Positions 17,701 through 26,097 of a stretch of DNA of 41,076 nt are shown here, piece by piece. The first letter of the stretch is position 1, and every line of letters begins with the position of its first letter. A program made the position numbers and the translations under genes. This DNA comes from a virus (taxonomy: Duplodnaviria; Caudoviricetes). The notes under the pieces are model-generated. The model saw only the letters and a program-made list of their open reading frames with translations. It did not search any database and was not told the origin of the DNA. The stretch covers positions 1 to 41,076 of the IMG/VR virus record IMGVR_UViG_3300037863_000259. One strand, 5' to 3'.

Positions 17701-19432
17701 TGCCGAATATGGCGATCTCGCGTTGCAGGCTTTCGATGTAGGTATCCGTAGCCTTTATGGCGGCTTTAATTGCGCGTTCTTCCTCGGTGACCTTGGGCTT
17801 CTTTTCAGCGCCGGCCTTGAGCGCAGCGGCAGCCTTGCCTGCCAGGGCGGAGGCATCGGCCTTTGCTTTTGCGGCAATCGCGGCGGCGGCAGCTTCGGCC
17901 TTTATGGCAACCTTCGCCGCGTCTGACTGTGCTGCGGCTGCCTTTGCCGTATCGGCCTGCTTGGCAGCGGTCGCGTCAATCTCGGCCTGCGCAGCCCGCT
18001 GCTTTCCTGCAAAATATACCCAGGCAGCCGTGAGCGCGCCAATCGCGAGAACGGCCAAGCCGACAGGGCCGAGCAGTAAATTGACAGCGATGGTCATAAA
18101 CCCGACGCCAACCGCCGCAGCTGTGCTGGCAACGCCAGCTACAGACACGGAAAAGGCGAGCGCCAGGAACGTCGGGGATGCGAGGACCGCTGGCACGAGC
18201 ATAAGCCAGAGTGATCGCGTCAGGACGGCGCCGGCCGTAACGGCAACCGCCTTGAGCGCAAAATCCAGCGCCAACGTCGGCTGCTCTGCTCCTGAAATAA
18301 TGCCAGCGGCGACAGTCAAGGCAGGGGTCATCCAATCGGCAATACCAAGGCCAATGGCAATCGCATCTGCGGCCAGCGTGGCAAAGATCACCTTGAGCTG
18401 CTGTGCGGCCCCCGCGTTGACCTTGGCGAAGGCCTCATCTGTGGCCCCGGCCTTGACTTTCATCTGGTCGAGGATGGTGCTGAAGTCTTCCCCTGCCTGG
18501 CCCGAGAGCGCGAGGACGGGGACAAGCGCTTCGACGCCGCCGAACAGCAGGGACAGCGCCTCGACGTTGCCGCCGGTCTTGGTGTTAATGTTGTCGATAA
18601 AGTCGGCCAGTCCTTTGGACTGCACGGCTGCTGCGCTGAACTCTATGCCAAGAGCTGCCGCCATCTTTGCAGCTTCGTCACCGGGCTTCGCGACAGCGGC
18701 GAGAATGGCACGCAGGCCATTGACGGCAACGCTGGTGTTGATGCCGCCTTTGGTGAGAGCGGCGGTCGCGGCGGTAAGTTCATCGAAGCTCACGCCCATC
18801 TGCGCCGCCAGCGGCGCGACCGCGCCAAGGTTGGTAGATAGTTCAGCAATGGTCGTCTTGCCCGCCTTCATTGCCGTAAACATGGCGTTCGAAACGTCTG
18901 TTGCCGACCCTGCCTTGGAACCATAGGCATTGAGCACGCTGGTCAGGCCGTCCGCGGCGGTGCGAACGTCGGTAATGCCGCCAACGGCCAGCTTGTTCGC
19001 GGCGGTCAGCGTCGCGGTTGCCTGCGCGGCGGTGGACGCCCCGGCGCTGATGATCTGATAGTAGGCGTTTGCCTGCTCCGCCGCGCCGGTCCCGAACGCG
19101 CCGGCCTGCCGAAGCGCCTCCTTGGTCAGCTCCGCCATGCTGACGCGCGACGTGTCAACCAAGGTGCTGACCTCAGTCATGGCCGCACTGAATTCAAGCG
19201 TAGCATCTTTGACCTTGTTGAGAACCGCGACGGCGGCTCCAAATGACGCCAGTTTTGCCGCCACGCTGGTCAGGCTGCCAGAGACGAGAGAGTCAATCGA
19301 CCTGCCTGCATCCGCAGTCGACGCAGATACACCGTCCATGGCGCCAGCCACGGAACGCTTCATGTCGGCCATCTCCTTTTGGAGGCGGGCGACATTGGTG
19401 AGCAGTTCAATCTCGAGGGTGCCGGCGCGCAT
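14786..19432 (-). CDS. Tail tape measure protein (TP901-like core)
   Basis: 1548 aa, Ala-rich helical; core F...M.EV.T...A.A.YQIISAG...GKTTIAEL; central hydrophobic segments. Confidence 0.92.
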   Translation of the reverse strand: MRAGTLEIELLTNVARLQKEMADMKRSVAGAMDGVSASTADAGRSIDSLVSGSLTSVAAKLASFGAAVAVLNKVKDATLEFSAAMTEVSTLVDTSRVSMAELTKEALRQAGAFGTGAAEQANAYYQIISAGASTAAQATATLTAANKLAVGGITDVRTAADGLTSVLNAYGSKAGSATDVSNAMFTAMKAGKTTIAELSTNLGAVAPLAAQMGVSFDELTAATAALTKGGINTSVAVNGLRAILAAVAKPGDEAAKMAAALGIEFSAAAVQSKGLADFIDNINTKTGGNVEALSLLFGGVEALVPVLALSGQAGEDFSTILDQMKVKAGATDEAFAKVNAGAAQQLKVIFATLAADAIAIGLGIADWMTPALTVAAGIISGAEQPTLALDFALKAVAVTAGAVLTRSLWLMLVPAVLASPTFLALAFSVSVAGVASTAAAVGVGFMTIAVNLLLGPVGLAVLAIGALTAAWVYFAGKQRAAQAEIDATAAKQADTAKAAAAQSDAAKVAIKAEAAAAAIAAKAKADASALAGKAAAALKAGAEKKPKVTEEERAIKAAIKATDTYIESLQREIAIFGKTPEQVRAINVARERGTAVTDGQRQAIDKLSAAREVLFAAEMKAKGIKADADIERNTLQPLRDELALIGLIGDARGKALLAQNLAALAAEETAFMADAVTRGVTNADAAWQAYSFTTAAILNGQSVFDRETLAVAAYLSSLDAMASQTQRAAQGMAEAFGSVGGAIGAVASEISQFAADQVAAARKVADAERAYGRTSMQYADARTAQASAEINHYGNLASAAKGFFKQGSAGYKVLDAAEKAFRAYELAIAIKNAAVKIGLIGTVTGAAVLGSTTEVAATATAETAKTGLSIGGALARIPLKIAEGAASIFAALGPFGFPVVAAMLGVMAALGVSALSGGGSKPSPANDGTGTVFGDSAAKSESIAKAIDHLREIDTLTMRYSAAMLASLKSIEANIGGLSNLIIRTNGGEASAAGIQTGFKTSITGVLGAILGPVGSLIKSLFGTKTSIIGQGIFGGAQSLGGIVDGGFQGQYYTDVQKKKKFLGITTSTSYSTQYSAASAELERQFSQIFTGFYDAISAAAGPLGLSLGEVQTRLDSFVVNVGKIDLKGLTGQEIQEKLAAVFGAAADSLARYAVPGLDKFQKVGEGYFETLVRVASSVEAVASSVTMLGRSANLTIAAAMDLVDRFGSASDMLSATGEYFSLYYSNAEQAAARTAQMTAALAGLGLAMPGSIAGFRALVDAQDLTTEAGRAAYVALIQLAPAFADLVGAAQDAASAAAIAGERLSLQRRMLEVQGDTAALRALDLAQLDASNRALQQQIWALEDQTKAAEDAAAAAEKLKSAWAQITDGLIAEIKRIRGVMGDKPSSYAAALTDFNTASMRARAGDQEAAKSLPGLSQTLLSVAADTAKSAEDLARLQGLTASSLEQTLGIINQAAGTTAGSAAATAGMPGWWDQFAANQIAGASPAANEGQSALIDELQALRQEVADMRGEQRIASAAIASGTAKTARILERVTPDGDALATRAAA

Positions 19433-19438
19433 GTCGGG

Positions 19439-19912
19439 TCACTCCTTCTCGATGACCAGTGCCCGGAAGGCATTGGAGACCTTGCGGGATACGGCGGCGC
19501 GGTTGGTGTCGTCGGCAACATCTGCCCATGGTGCCGGACACTCTGGCTCCGCAGCGCGCTGCGCCTCGGCAACAAACTCGATCGATAGGCGGCGGATCAA
19601 CCGGCAGGTCCAGGGCGCAAGCTCCACCCCGATGCAACGCTGCCAGTGATCAATGCCCGCCCATGACAGAGGAACCTGCCCTATGGCGCCGGCCTCGGAT
19701 GGGCCGATCTCCATGAGGGTATCGATGATCCATAGGGTCCGGACCGCAGGAAAGTCCGGCACCAGGCCATCGGCGATCATGACCTGCATCCGGGACTTGG
19801 TGTTGGGGTCCGAACCCGGCTTTGCGTGTTTGCCAGGCCGAGGCTTGGGCGTAGTGCTCAGCCAGGCCAGTTGCCGGACGTAGAGGCTCAGTTCTTCGCT
19901 GAGCCCTTCGTA
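19439..19912 (-). CDS. Tail assembly chaperone C-terminal part (gpT analogue), reached by -1 frameshift
   Basis: Frame is open from the slippery site (YEGLSEELSLYVRQLAWLSTTPKP...) into listed ORF 19439..19789. Confidence 0.8.
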   Translation of the reverse strand, partial: YEGLSEELSLYVRQLAWLSTTPKPRPGKHAKPGSDPNTKSRMQVMIADGLVPDFPAVRTLWIIDTLMEIGPSEAGAIGQVPLSWAGIDHWQRCIGVELAPWTCRLIRRLSIEFVAEAQRAAEPECPAPWADVADDTNRAAVSRKVSNAFRALVIEKE

Positions 19913-19918
19913 AAATTT
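19885..19918 (-). promoter_or_regulatory. Programmed -1 ribosomal frameshift signal
   Basis: In-frame A_AAT_TTT heptamer (19918-19912), 6-nt spacer, hairpin GGCTCAG-CGAAGAA-CTGAGCC. Confidence 0.85.
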
Positions 19919-20304
19919 GCCCAGTCGTTGATGTGGGCCGCAACCTGCGCGGCGATGAAGCCGATCGAGGGGTCGGCATAGGCCTTGCGGAAATGCTCCG
20001 GGCCCTCGGTGCCTTGCGCCGGCGGATAGGCAAAGCCGTTGAAGCTGACCGTGCAGGCAGCGAGAAACTCGGCCTGTTCGGCGGCCTTGTCCTCGGCCGA
20101 CTGGTCCATCTTCCCGCGCTTCTTGATCTTGTCCATCAGCTGGTTTTGCTGGCGGGCCTGCGCCTTTTGGTAAATCTTGGTGCCCGGGCCGTAGACGGTG
20201 ATCGATAGCGGCTTGCCCTTGTCGTCATAGAGCGGGGCATCGTCGCCGCCGAGCAGTTCCACGGTCGAGGTCTCGGCGGCAGACAAAGTGGTGATATCGA
20301 ACAT
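19888..20304 (-). CDS. Tail assembly chaperone (gpG analogue)
   Basis: Between tail tube and tape measure; ends ..DWANFTKGSAKN, which contains the slippery site. Confidence 0.85.
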   Translation of the reverse strand: MFDITTLSAAETSTVELLGGDDAPLYDDKGKPLSITVYGPGTKIYQKAQARQQNQLMDKIKKRGKMDQSAEDKAAEQAEFLAACTVSFNGFAYPPAQGTEGPEHFRKAYADPSIGFIAAQVAAHINDWANFTKGSAKN

Positions 20305-20380
20305 TGAAGTGTCCTTTGATGATGGGGATGCGGTGAAAACAACGCCTGATCACCGCAATATCTGCGGCGATTAGCGAGCA

Positions 20381-20842
20381 TCAGGGCGCGAGGAATTCCA
20401 CGACGCCGACGCCGGCCGAGGTGGTGGTCAGCTCCAGCGTCACGCTGGCAGCGGTGATTTGGTCGACCGAGCCCACATTGACCTTGAAGCTCATCACCTG
20501 CGCCCGGAAGTAATACTTATCGCCCTGTTGGGTGGTGACGAGGAAGCTGTAATCGGCATCGGACTGGGAGGCGGCCTTGAGCAGGATCTGGCCGGCATCG
20601 TCGGTGTCGAGGCCAAGCTGGATGGTCATCGTGCCCTGGTTGAAGCTGCCCTTTTTCTTCTGGACGCCGCGGCTGCCAACCGGGCTGAAGGTGACGAGCG
20701 CATATTCCCGGCCAAACTCGCCAAGATCGGTGACTTCGCCGACCAGGATCATGACGAGCGCATTGTAGCCAGTCAGGTCGAAGGTGGCAGGAGCGGCGGC
20801 CAACACTCTGAGCGTCGAGCCTGCGGACGTATAAACAGTCAT
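20381..20842 (-). CDS. Major tail tube protein
   Basis: VGEVTDLGEFG..KKKGSFNQG..DDAGQ motifs; follows the tail terminator. Confidence 0.85.
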   Translation of the reverse strand: MTVYTSAGSTLRVLAAAPATFDLTGYNALVMILVGEVTDLGEFGREYALVTFSPVGSRGVQKKKGSFNQGTMTIQLGLDTDDAGQILLKAASQSDADYSFLVTTQQGDKYYFRAQVMSFKVNVGSVDQITAASVTLELTTTSAGVGVVEFLAP

Positions 20843-20869
20843 GGCAGTGGTTCCTTGTGATGGTGAGGC

Positions 20870-21274
20870 TCAGCAGGCCTCGTTGAACGAGACCCTGAAA
20901 TCCTGGGTCTGCATGTGGATGCCGGCTTGCTCGTCGAGGAAATCAGGCCCGGCAGAATCGGTGTGGACGGTCACTTGGGCGATGCCGGCGATGGTGGGCG
21001 TGCGGTCTGCTGCGGCCTGTCGCACGGCTTTGAGAATGGCCTTGGCGGCAGGATAGGTGGCCGCCAGCACTGTGACCTGAATCCGCTCGGTGACGCGGCG
21101 AACTGCGCCGGCTTTGATGATGTTGCGGTCGGTACTGCTCACCGACATCAGCGAGAGCGCCGGCAGCGCGGAGCCTTGCTGGATGACGCCGGCAACGATC
21201 TGGACGACCGGGACCAGGCTGGTGAGCGGAGTATGGACCACGAGCAGCGCGCGGACCGCGACCACCCCGTTCAT
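20870..21274 (-). CDS. Tail terminator / completion protein (DUF3168-like)
   Basis: Position; RIQVTVLA.TY..AK....AVR motif. Confidence 0.75.
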   Translation of the reverse strand: MNGVVAVRALLVVHTPLTSLVPVVQIVAGVIQQGSALPALSLMSVSSTDRNIIKAGAVRRVTERIQVTVLAATYPAAKAILKAVRQAAADRTPTIAGIAQVTVHTDSAGPDFLDEQAGIHMQTQDFRVSFNEAC

Positions 21275-21834
21275 TCGTCATCGACCTCGAGGATAGGGGC
21301 CTTGAGATTGCCGATCTGGACCCGGTGGGCGATGTAGGCGCCCATCGCGCTCACCGCTTCCTCGGCCTTTTGATCGAGCGCCGGGCGCAGGAACGGCTTG
21401 GCCGCGTGCCCCGGGTGCATGACCACAGGCCCCGCAAAATTGCCGCCGATCACCAGACTGCCGCGCTTCACCATCTTGTTGATGGTGCCGATGCTGACCT
21501 TGCGGAGGCCATGGCGGGTCGTGCGCTCCGGGCGGTCGGCTTCGGCAACGCTGATCAGGTGGGGCGCGACGCCATATTCAATGAACAGCCCGCGATAAGA
21601 GCCGGCACCGCGCAGCTTCACATAGGAGCTCAGGCGGCTGCCATCGGTGCGGGTGCCAATGCCGATCGCGCGTTTGAGCTTACCGGTCTCAACCGGCACA
21701 TTGGCCTTGGCCTGCTGCTGGATCACCTTGGCGCCAGCCCTAAGCCCGCCGCGGATGACGTTGCGCTCGAGGTTCTTGGGCAATTCATCGAGAAAGCGCA
21801 GCAGTTCAGGACCGCCCTTGAGCGTAATCGTCAT
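21271..21834 (-). CDS. HK97 gp10-family neck protein
   Basis: AK.N.PV.TG.L, FIEYG, AKPFLRPALD motifs. Confidence 0.85.
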   Translation of the reverse strand: MTITLKGGPELLRFLDELPKNLERNVIRGGLRAGAKVIQQQAKANVPVETGKLKRAIGIGTRTDGSRLSSYVKLRGAGSYRGLFIEYGVAPHLISVAEADRPERTTRHGLRKVSIGTINKMVKRGSLVIGGNFAGPVVMHPGHAAKPFLRPALDQKAEEAVSAMGAYIAHRVQIGNLKAPILEVDDE

Positions 21835-22181
21835 GGTTCCTGTCCTTGCGTCGTCAGGTCTTCAGCGACCAGTTCCAGCCCCTCGCGGCGGCCCAGTTCA
21901 GCAGGCCCGGCGATGATCTGCAGGGTTCGGCCATCCATTTGCAGCCGCATCGTGCTCGTGATGTCGCTGCGCCAGCGTATCCGGACGCGGCAGGGGCGAT
22001 TGGCGATGATGATGCTGTCGGCCAGGCGCTCCGCGCGGCTTGGCAGCACGTCCTGGACATCCGCCCAGACGGTCGCCAGCGGCACCCAAGTGACGGTGTC
22101 GGTGCCGTAGACGCTCTCCTGGGCATCGACCCGGGTCAAGATCGTCACGCGGCTGCTGAGTAGGGATGCTGTCAGCTTCAT
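21831..22181 (-). CDS. Head closure / head-tail adaptor (SPP1 gp16-like)
   Basis: W...ATVWA, IRWRSDITSTMR motifs; position. Confidence 0.85.
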   Translation of the reverse strand: MKLTASLLSSRVTILTRVDAQESVYGTDTVTWVPLATVWADVQDVLPSRAERLADSIIIANRPCRVRIRWRSDITSTMRLQMDGRTLQIIAGPAELGRREGLELVAEDLTTQGQEP

Positions 22182-22735
22182 GCCGCAAACGACCTGTAGT
22201 TTTCGAGCAGGGCTGCGACGCCGAAGGGTATCGCGCTCAGCGGCCGCTCAGAGACCGCGCTGCGTTGATCATACCACTGCGACACCAGCAGCAAGACCGC
22301 GTGGCGGATGCTGGGCGGGACGACCGTGTAGCCGGCGACATAGGTCAGGATGACCTTGTTCTCGCCCATGGCCGTGACTGGCCAGGTAAAGCCCGGGACA
22401 GGCACCACGCGCGCCGGGTCGCAGGCCGCATCAAAGGTGTAGTTGGCAGGCGCGATGGTCTGGGAAGCGCCGGCCACATCAAAATAGACCAGCGAGGAAA
22501 CTGCAGTGGCAGGCCCGCGTGTCAGGCGAAACGACGCGGGAAATGACCCCACATAGAGCGCAAACGTGCGCGGCATGACCGCCCGCAGGATATAGTTTTC
22601 GGCAAAATCCGTGGCCACCCCGATCAAAGCCGTCACATCGGCGTCCGCATCGCCCGCATTAAGGCGGCAGGCGGTAAGCGCCTCGGCCAGGGTGACCGGG
22701 AAACTAGCTGGCTGGGTGACCTGAACGATTGGCAT
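22178..22735 (-). CDS. Head-tail connector (HK97 gp6-like)
   Basis: PVTLAEA..., YVAGY..VP.SIRHAVLLLV..WY..R, LL..YR. Confidence 0.85.
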   Translation of the reverse strand: MPIVQVTQPASFPVTLAEALTACRLNAGDADADVTALIGVATDFAENYILRAVMPRTFALYVGSFPASFRLTRGPATAVSSLVYFDVAGASQTIAPANYTFDAACDPARVVPVPGFTWPVTAMGENKVILTYVAGYTVVPPSIRHAVLLLVSQWYDQRSAVSERPLSAIPFGVAALLENYRSFAA

Positions 22736-22922
22736 TGCCGCCGGCCTTTCGCGTTTCGGGCGCGCTGCGTTGAACGGCGCGCTCGGTTTTTTGGTTGGTG
22801 ACGGGAACAGCGAACCCGGCCTCGATCAGCCGCGCCGCCTCGTCGTTTGGAAAGTCGCGCTCATCGCCGGGGCCGAGCACATATTGGGCGCCGGCAAGGC
22901 CGGTCAGCATCCTGATTTTCAT
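22704..22922 (-). CDS. Small hypothetical protein after the capsid gene
   Basis: MKIRML..LAG....PGD.....EA.RLI.AG.A; usual small ORF between MCP and gp6. Confidence 0.7.
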   Translation of the reverse strand: MKIRMLTGLAGAQYVLGPGDERDFPNDEAARLIEAGFAVPVTNQKTERAVQRSAPETRKAGGNANRSGHPAS

Positions 22923-22964
22923 GGGCGTGCCGGGGCGGATTATTAGCCCGCCCTGGACCTTTCG

Positions 22965-24215
22965 TTATGCGTTCCTGAGATGCTTGACGGCGGCAGCGTC
23001 GGACAATTCGCCGTCGAACCGGATCAGGCCGGCGATGCCAAGGTCAGGCCAGAAGCGCTCGCGCATCACGCCGATCACCGGCGCGCCGACCTTGCGCACA
23101 AAGTATTTGCTGAGATCGCCAAACAGCATGACCCGGGCGCCCGTGGCCTGCGATGCCATCGCCTGGTTGATGTAGAACGGCCGCCCGTTGATCGTGCCGG
23201 GAACGCCGGCCTGAACGTTGCCATTTTGCCAGAGGTAATTGCCCTGACCGTCCTTGAGCTTGCGCACCGCCTGCAAGACGGAATCGTTCATCATGAAAGC
23301 GGCCCTTGGCGAGCTGCGATAGGCAGGGTCGACCGAATGCTCGAGGTCGATGATTTCATCAAAGGTGATGGCGGCAATCGCAGCGGCAGTTTTGCCGAGC
23401 GTCGATGCCGTGACGATCCCGTTTGGTGCACCCGTGCCGCTCCCGGTCGTCAGTTGCAGATTGGCGATGCGGCCAAGACGCTCACCCAGCAGGTCGCCGA
23501 GCAGCGCCTCCATGCCGAAGATCGAATCCGCGTCGAGCTCCCACGACCAGCGAATGAACTGGGTGTCAAAGGCGAAGGCATCGAGCGACTTTTGCCCGAT
23601 GGTCACGTCCTTGGCGCCGGTATCGGTCAGCGCGGTGTTTTCGGCGTGGGTGACGGCGGTGACGGCGGTATCATCAACCGTCGGGATACGGATCGGGTTG
23701 CCGCTCGACGTGACCATCTCGGTCGAGACACCGGGATCATACATCGGCCCCCATGCCAGCATCGACTTGATGATGGTGGCCGCCAGTTCGGTTGGAATGA
23801 AGAAGCCGCCCGCCGTGGTCACGCCGGTGGACTGCGCACGAAACTCAGTGCTGCCGGTTTTGAGAACTGCGCGCTCTTCGGCCGTCAGGTTCTCCAGCGA
23901 GCCGCAAATCGCCTTGGCGAACACGGTGCGATATTCGATGGCCGGGGCGATATCGACGCCGCGGGCCTCCACGGCCTCGCCGCTGGGGCGGCGCTGAACG
24001 CGCAAGTCCTCGGCGCGCTTTTCAATTTCTGCCAGCTTGGTCTCGCGGACGATCAGGCCTTCAAGGCGGTCAAACTCGCCCATCGCCTTGTCGTGCGCGG
24101 CCTCGAGTTCGGCCTGGCGGGCCTCGTCGGTGTTGGCAGTGATCAGGTCGAGGCGTTCGCGCGCCTGGGTCACGACGACGTTCTGCGCGTCGCGCAGTTC
24201 TTTCAGGGTAGACAT
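22965..24215 (-). CDS. Major capsid protein (HK97 fold)
   Basis: Coiled delta domain, AGGFFIP.E, G.G...P.GI, LKD.QGNYLWQ, FGDLSKY; start ATG 24215 with GGAGA RBS. Confidence 0.95.
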   Translation of the reverse strand: MSTLKELRDAQNVVVTQARERLDLITANTDEARQAELEAAHDKAMGEFDRLEGLIVRETKLAEIEKRAEDLRVQRRPSGEAVEARGVDIAPAIEYRTVFAKAICGSLENLTAEERAVLKTGSTEFRAQSTGVTTAGGFFIPTELAATIIKSMLAWGPMYDPGVSTEMVTSSGNPIRIPTVDDTAVTAVTHAENTALTDTGAKDVTIGQKSLDAFAFDTQFIRWSWELDADSIFGMEALLGDLLGERLGRIANLQLTTGSGTGAPNGIVTASTLGKTAAAIAAITFDEIIDLEHSVDPAYRSSPRAAFMMNDSVLQAVRKLKDGQGNYLWQNGNVQAGVPGTINGRPFYINQAMASQATGARVMLFGDLSKYFVRKVGAPVIGVMRERFWPDLGIAGLIRFDGELSDAAAVKHLRNA

Positions 24216-24231
24216 GGGGGAAATCTCCAAC

Positions 24232-24254
24232 AAAAAGCCCCGCAAAAGCGGGGC
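24232..24254 (-). terminator. Terminator-like hairpin between the protease and capsid genes
   Basis: Minus strand GCCCCGC-TTTT-GCGGGGC-TTTTT. Confidence 0.6.
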
Positions 24255-24281
24255 GGTTCAATTGGGCTTCGGCGGGCTCGC

Positions 24282-24875
24282 CTAGGCTTTACTCATCAGA
24301 CCGCGCGAGCGCAGGTCGATGGAAACTTTCATGCCGACGCGGATTGCGGCGGCACTGAAATTGCGCGACTTGGCGATCTGCCGGACGCCTTCAAGCGAAC
24401 GCATGGCAATCGATGTGTCGGGATAGGCGGGACGGGCAACGGCGCTGACCTCGATCAGGTCAACGGCTTGGATGGTGCGCAGCGGCGGATTTGTGGTTTC
24501 ATCCCAGGTCTCTTTGGTCACCGAAAACCCAAATGACATGCCCGAGATGTCGCCGCGCTCCATCAGCACCGCCAGATCGCGGCCATCGGACGTGTCCGGC
24601 AGGTCGATTTCGACAGCCAGGCCAGTGGCATCCTCCGACATGCGCAAGGTGCCCGCCGAACTGCGGCCCAGAACGCGGCCCATATCGTGATCGTACAGCG
24701 CCAGAACGTCGCCTTTCACCGCCTCGGCAAACGATCCGGGCGCGATGATTTCGCGAAAATGGCCGCCGATATTGGCCTCAAGGCCGAACAAAGCGGCATA
24801 GCCGCCGGCAGTGCGGCCCTTGTCCGTGGTGCGGACCTCGACAGGACGGATCAGCGTTCTTTGTTCAAGCGCCAC
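24282..24875 (-). CDS. HK97-family prohead protease
   Basis: GYAALF, F.E.IAPGSF, LYDHD..VLGR, GMSFGF, EVSAV..PAY.DT; GTG start 24875 with GGAGG RBS. Confidence 0.92.
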   Translation of the reverse strand: MALEQRTLIRPVEVRTTDKGRTAGGYAALFGLEANIGGHFREIIAPGSFAEAVKGDVLALYDHDMGRVLGRSSAGTLRMSEDATGLAVEIDLPDTSDGRDLAVLMERGDISGMSFGFSVTKETWDETTNPPLRTIQAVDLIEVSAVARPAYPDTSIAMRSLEGVRQIAKSRNFSAAAIRVGMKVSIDLRSRGLMSKA

Positions 24876-26097
24876 CTGGCCCTCCGCTATTGGCGGGCTG
24901 TGCTGCGCCCAAGACATCGATCGGCATGGTTGCACCCTGCATGAACAGCTGGTCGGCAGCGGGGTCCAGATGCTGCGGCCTGTTTTCCAGGCCGCGCGCT
25001 TCGTTGGGCGTCAGGATGCCGGATTGAACCGAGCGCGCTAGGCCGTTCATGCGGGTGAGGAAGTCACCGCGCAGGAGTCCGTCCAGATTATGCTCGACAT
25101 ATTTGCCACCGTTCATCCGGCCAAACAGCTTGAGGTTCATTTCGCCCTCAAGCGCTGCTGCCCATTGCCCGATCAGATGTTTGACCAGATGCAGGTCCTG
25201 CTGCTCGACATTGCTGTAGGTCGCGCCGGTCAGGTCCTGCAAAAACACCGGCGGGATTTGGAATGCACGGGCGATCTCCTGAATCTGGAATGTGCGCGCC
25301 TCGGTCATTTGGCCTTTTGCCGGATCGAACCCGACGGGCTTTAATTCATAGCCGACGGGGATCGGGAAGATCGGCGTGGACGCGTTCTTTGCCGCAGACA
25401 CCGACAGCGAAACATCTGCCATCGCCCGCTTCATGGCCTCGGCATTGGCGGGCATCGGGCCAACCAGCACCAAGGGCGGCACGCCGCCACCCGCAAAGAA
25501 GCCGCTGGCATAATCGTTCATGGCTATCGAAAGCTGGATGGCCTTCGATGCCAGCATGATGGGGCCGTAGTGCTGCAGGCCATTGGGGCGCAGCATGAAG
25601 GGCACATCGATAATCTCGTCCGACGCATAGTCGGTGCCGCCAAACTTGTAGACGACGTCGCGCCCAACGTTGCGGATCGTGACCCGCGTCGGGTCCATCG
25701 GGTAGATGGCTTCGACCACGCCGCCGACGCGCTCGATATAGGCCAAACCGCGCCCGCCGGTGAACACCTGCTGCCAGAAATACTGCCGAAACTTGAAGCT
25801 GTCCTGGCGGTCGTTGGGGTTTTCGTGAATGACGATCTGCAGCTTGCCCGTCGCCTTGACCGGGCCTTTACGGGTGTTGGTGAAGGCATGCAGCGGCAAG
25901 GCAGCGAGCGTGCGCGACAAGAACCCCACTGCGGCTGTAACAGCGGGCACGGTCAGCGCGCTATCGGTGGTGACGCCCGCAAGTCCGGTCGACGCAATGC
26001 CAAAATATTGCAGGAAACTCTCGGCGCTCACCGGCACGGCCGGGTTTTCGATCGAGCGCTGTTGGTTACGCAGGCCCAGCCGCTCCATGATCCTCAT
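24865..26097 (-). CDS. Portal protein (HK97 family)
   Basis: AL.VPAV.A.V..LS...A.LPL, EIARAF.IPP, TYSNVEQ, LLRGD, TPNEAR. Confidence 0.95.
   Translation of the reverse strand: MRIMERLGLRNQQRSIENPAVPVSAESFLQYFGIASTGLAGVTTDSALTVPAVTAAVGFLSRTLAALPLHAFTNTRKGPVKATGKLQIVIHENPNDRQDSFKFRQYFWQQVFTGGRGLAYIERVGGVVEAIYPMDPTRVTIRNVGRDVVYKFGGTDYASDEIIDVPFMLRPNGLQHYGPIMLASKAIQLSIAMNDYASGFFAGGGVPPLVLVGPMPANAEAMKRAMADVSLSVSAAKNASTPIFPIPVGYELKPVGFDPAKGQMTEARTFQIQEIARAFQIPPVFLQDLTGATYSNVEQQDLHLVKHLIGQWAAALEGEMNLKLFGRMNGGKYVEHNLDGLLRGDFLTRMNGLARSVQSGILTPNEARGLENRPQHLDPAADQLFMQGATMPIDVLGAAQPANSGGPGGA

Noticed and set aside
22980-24536. 518-aa plus-strand ORF
   Set aside because: Antisense shadow of the capsid and protease genes
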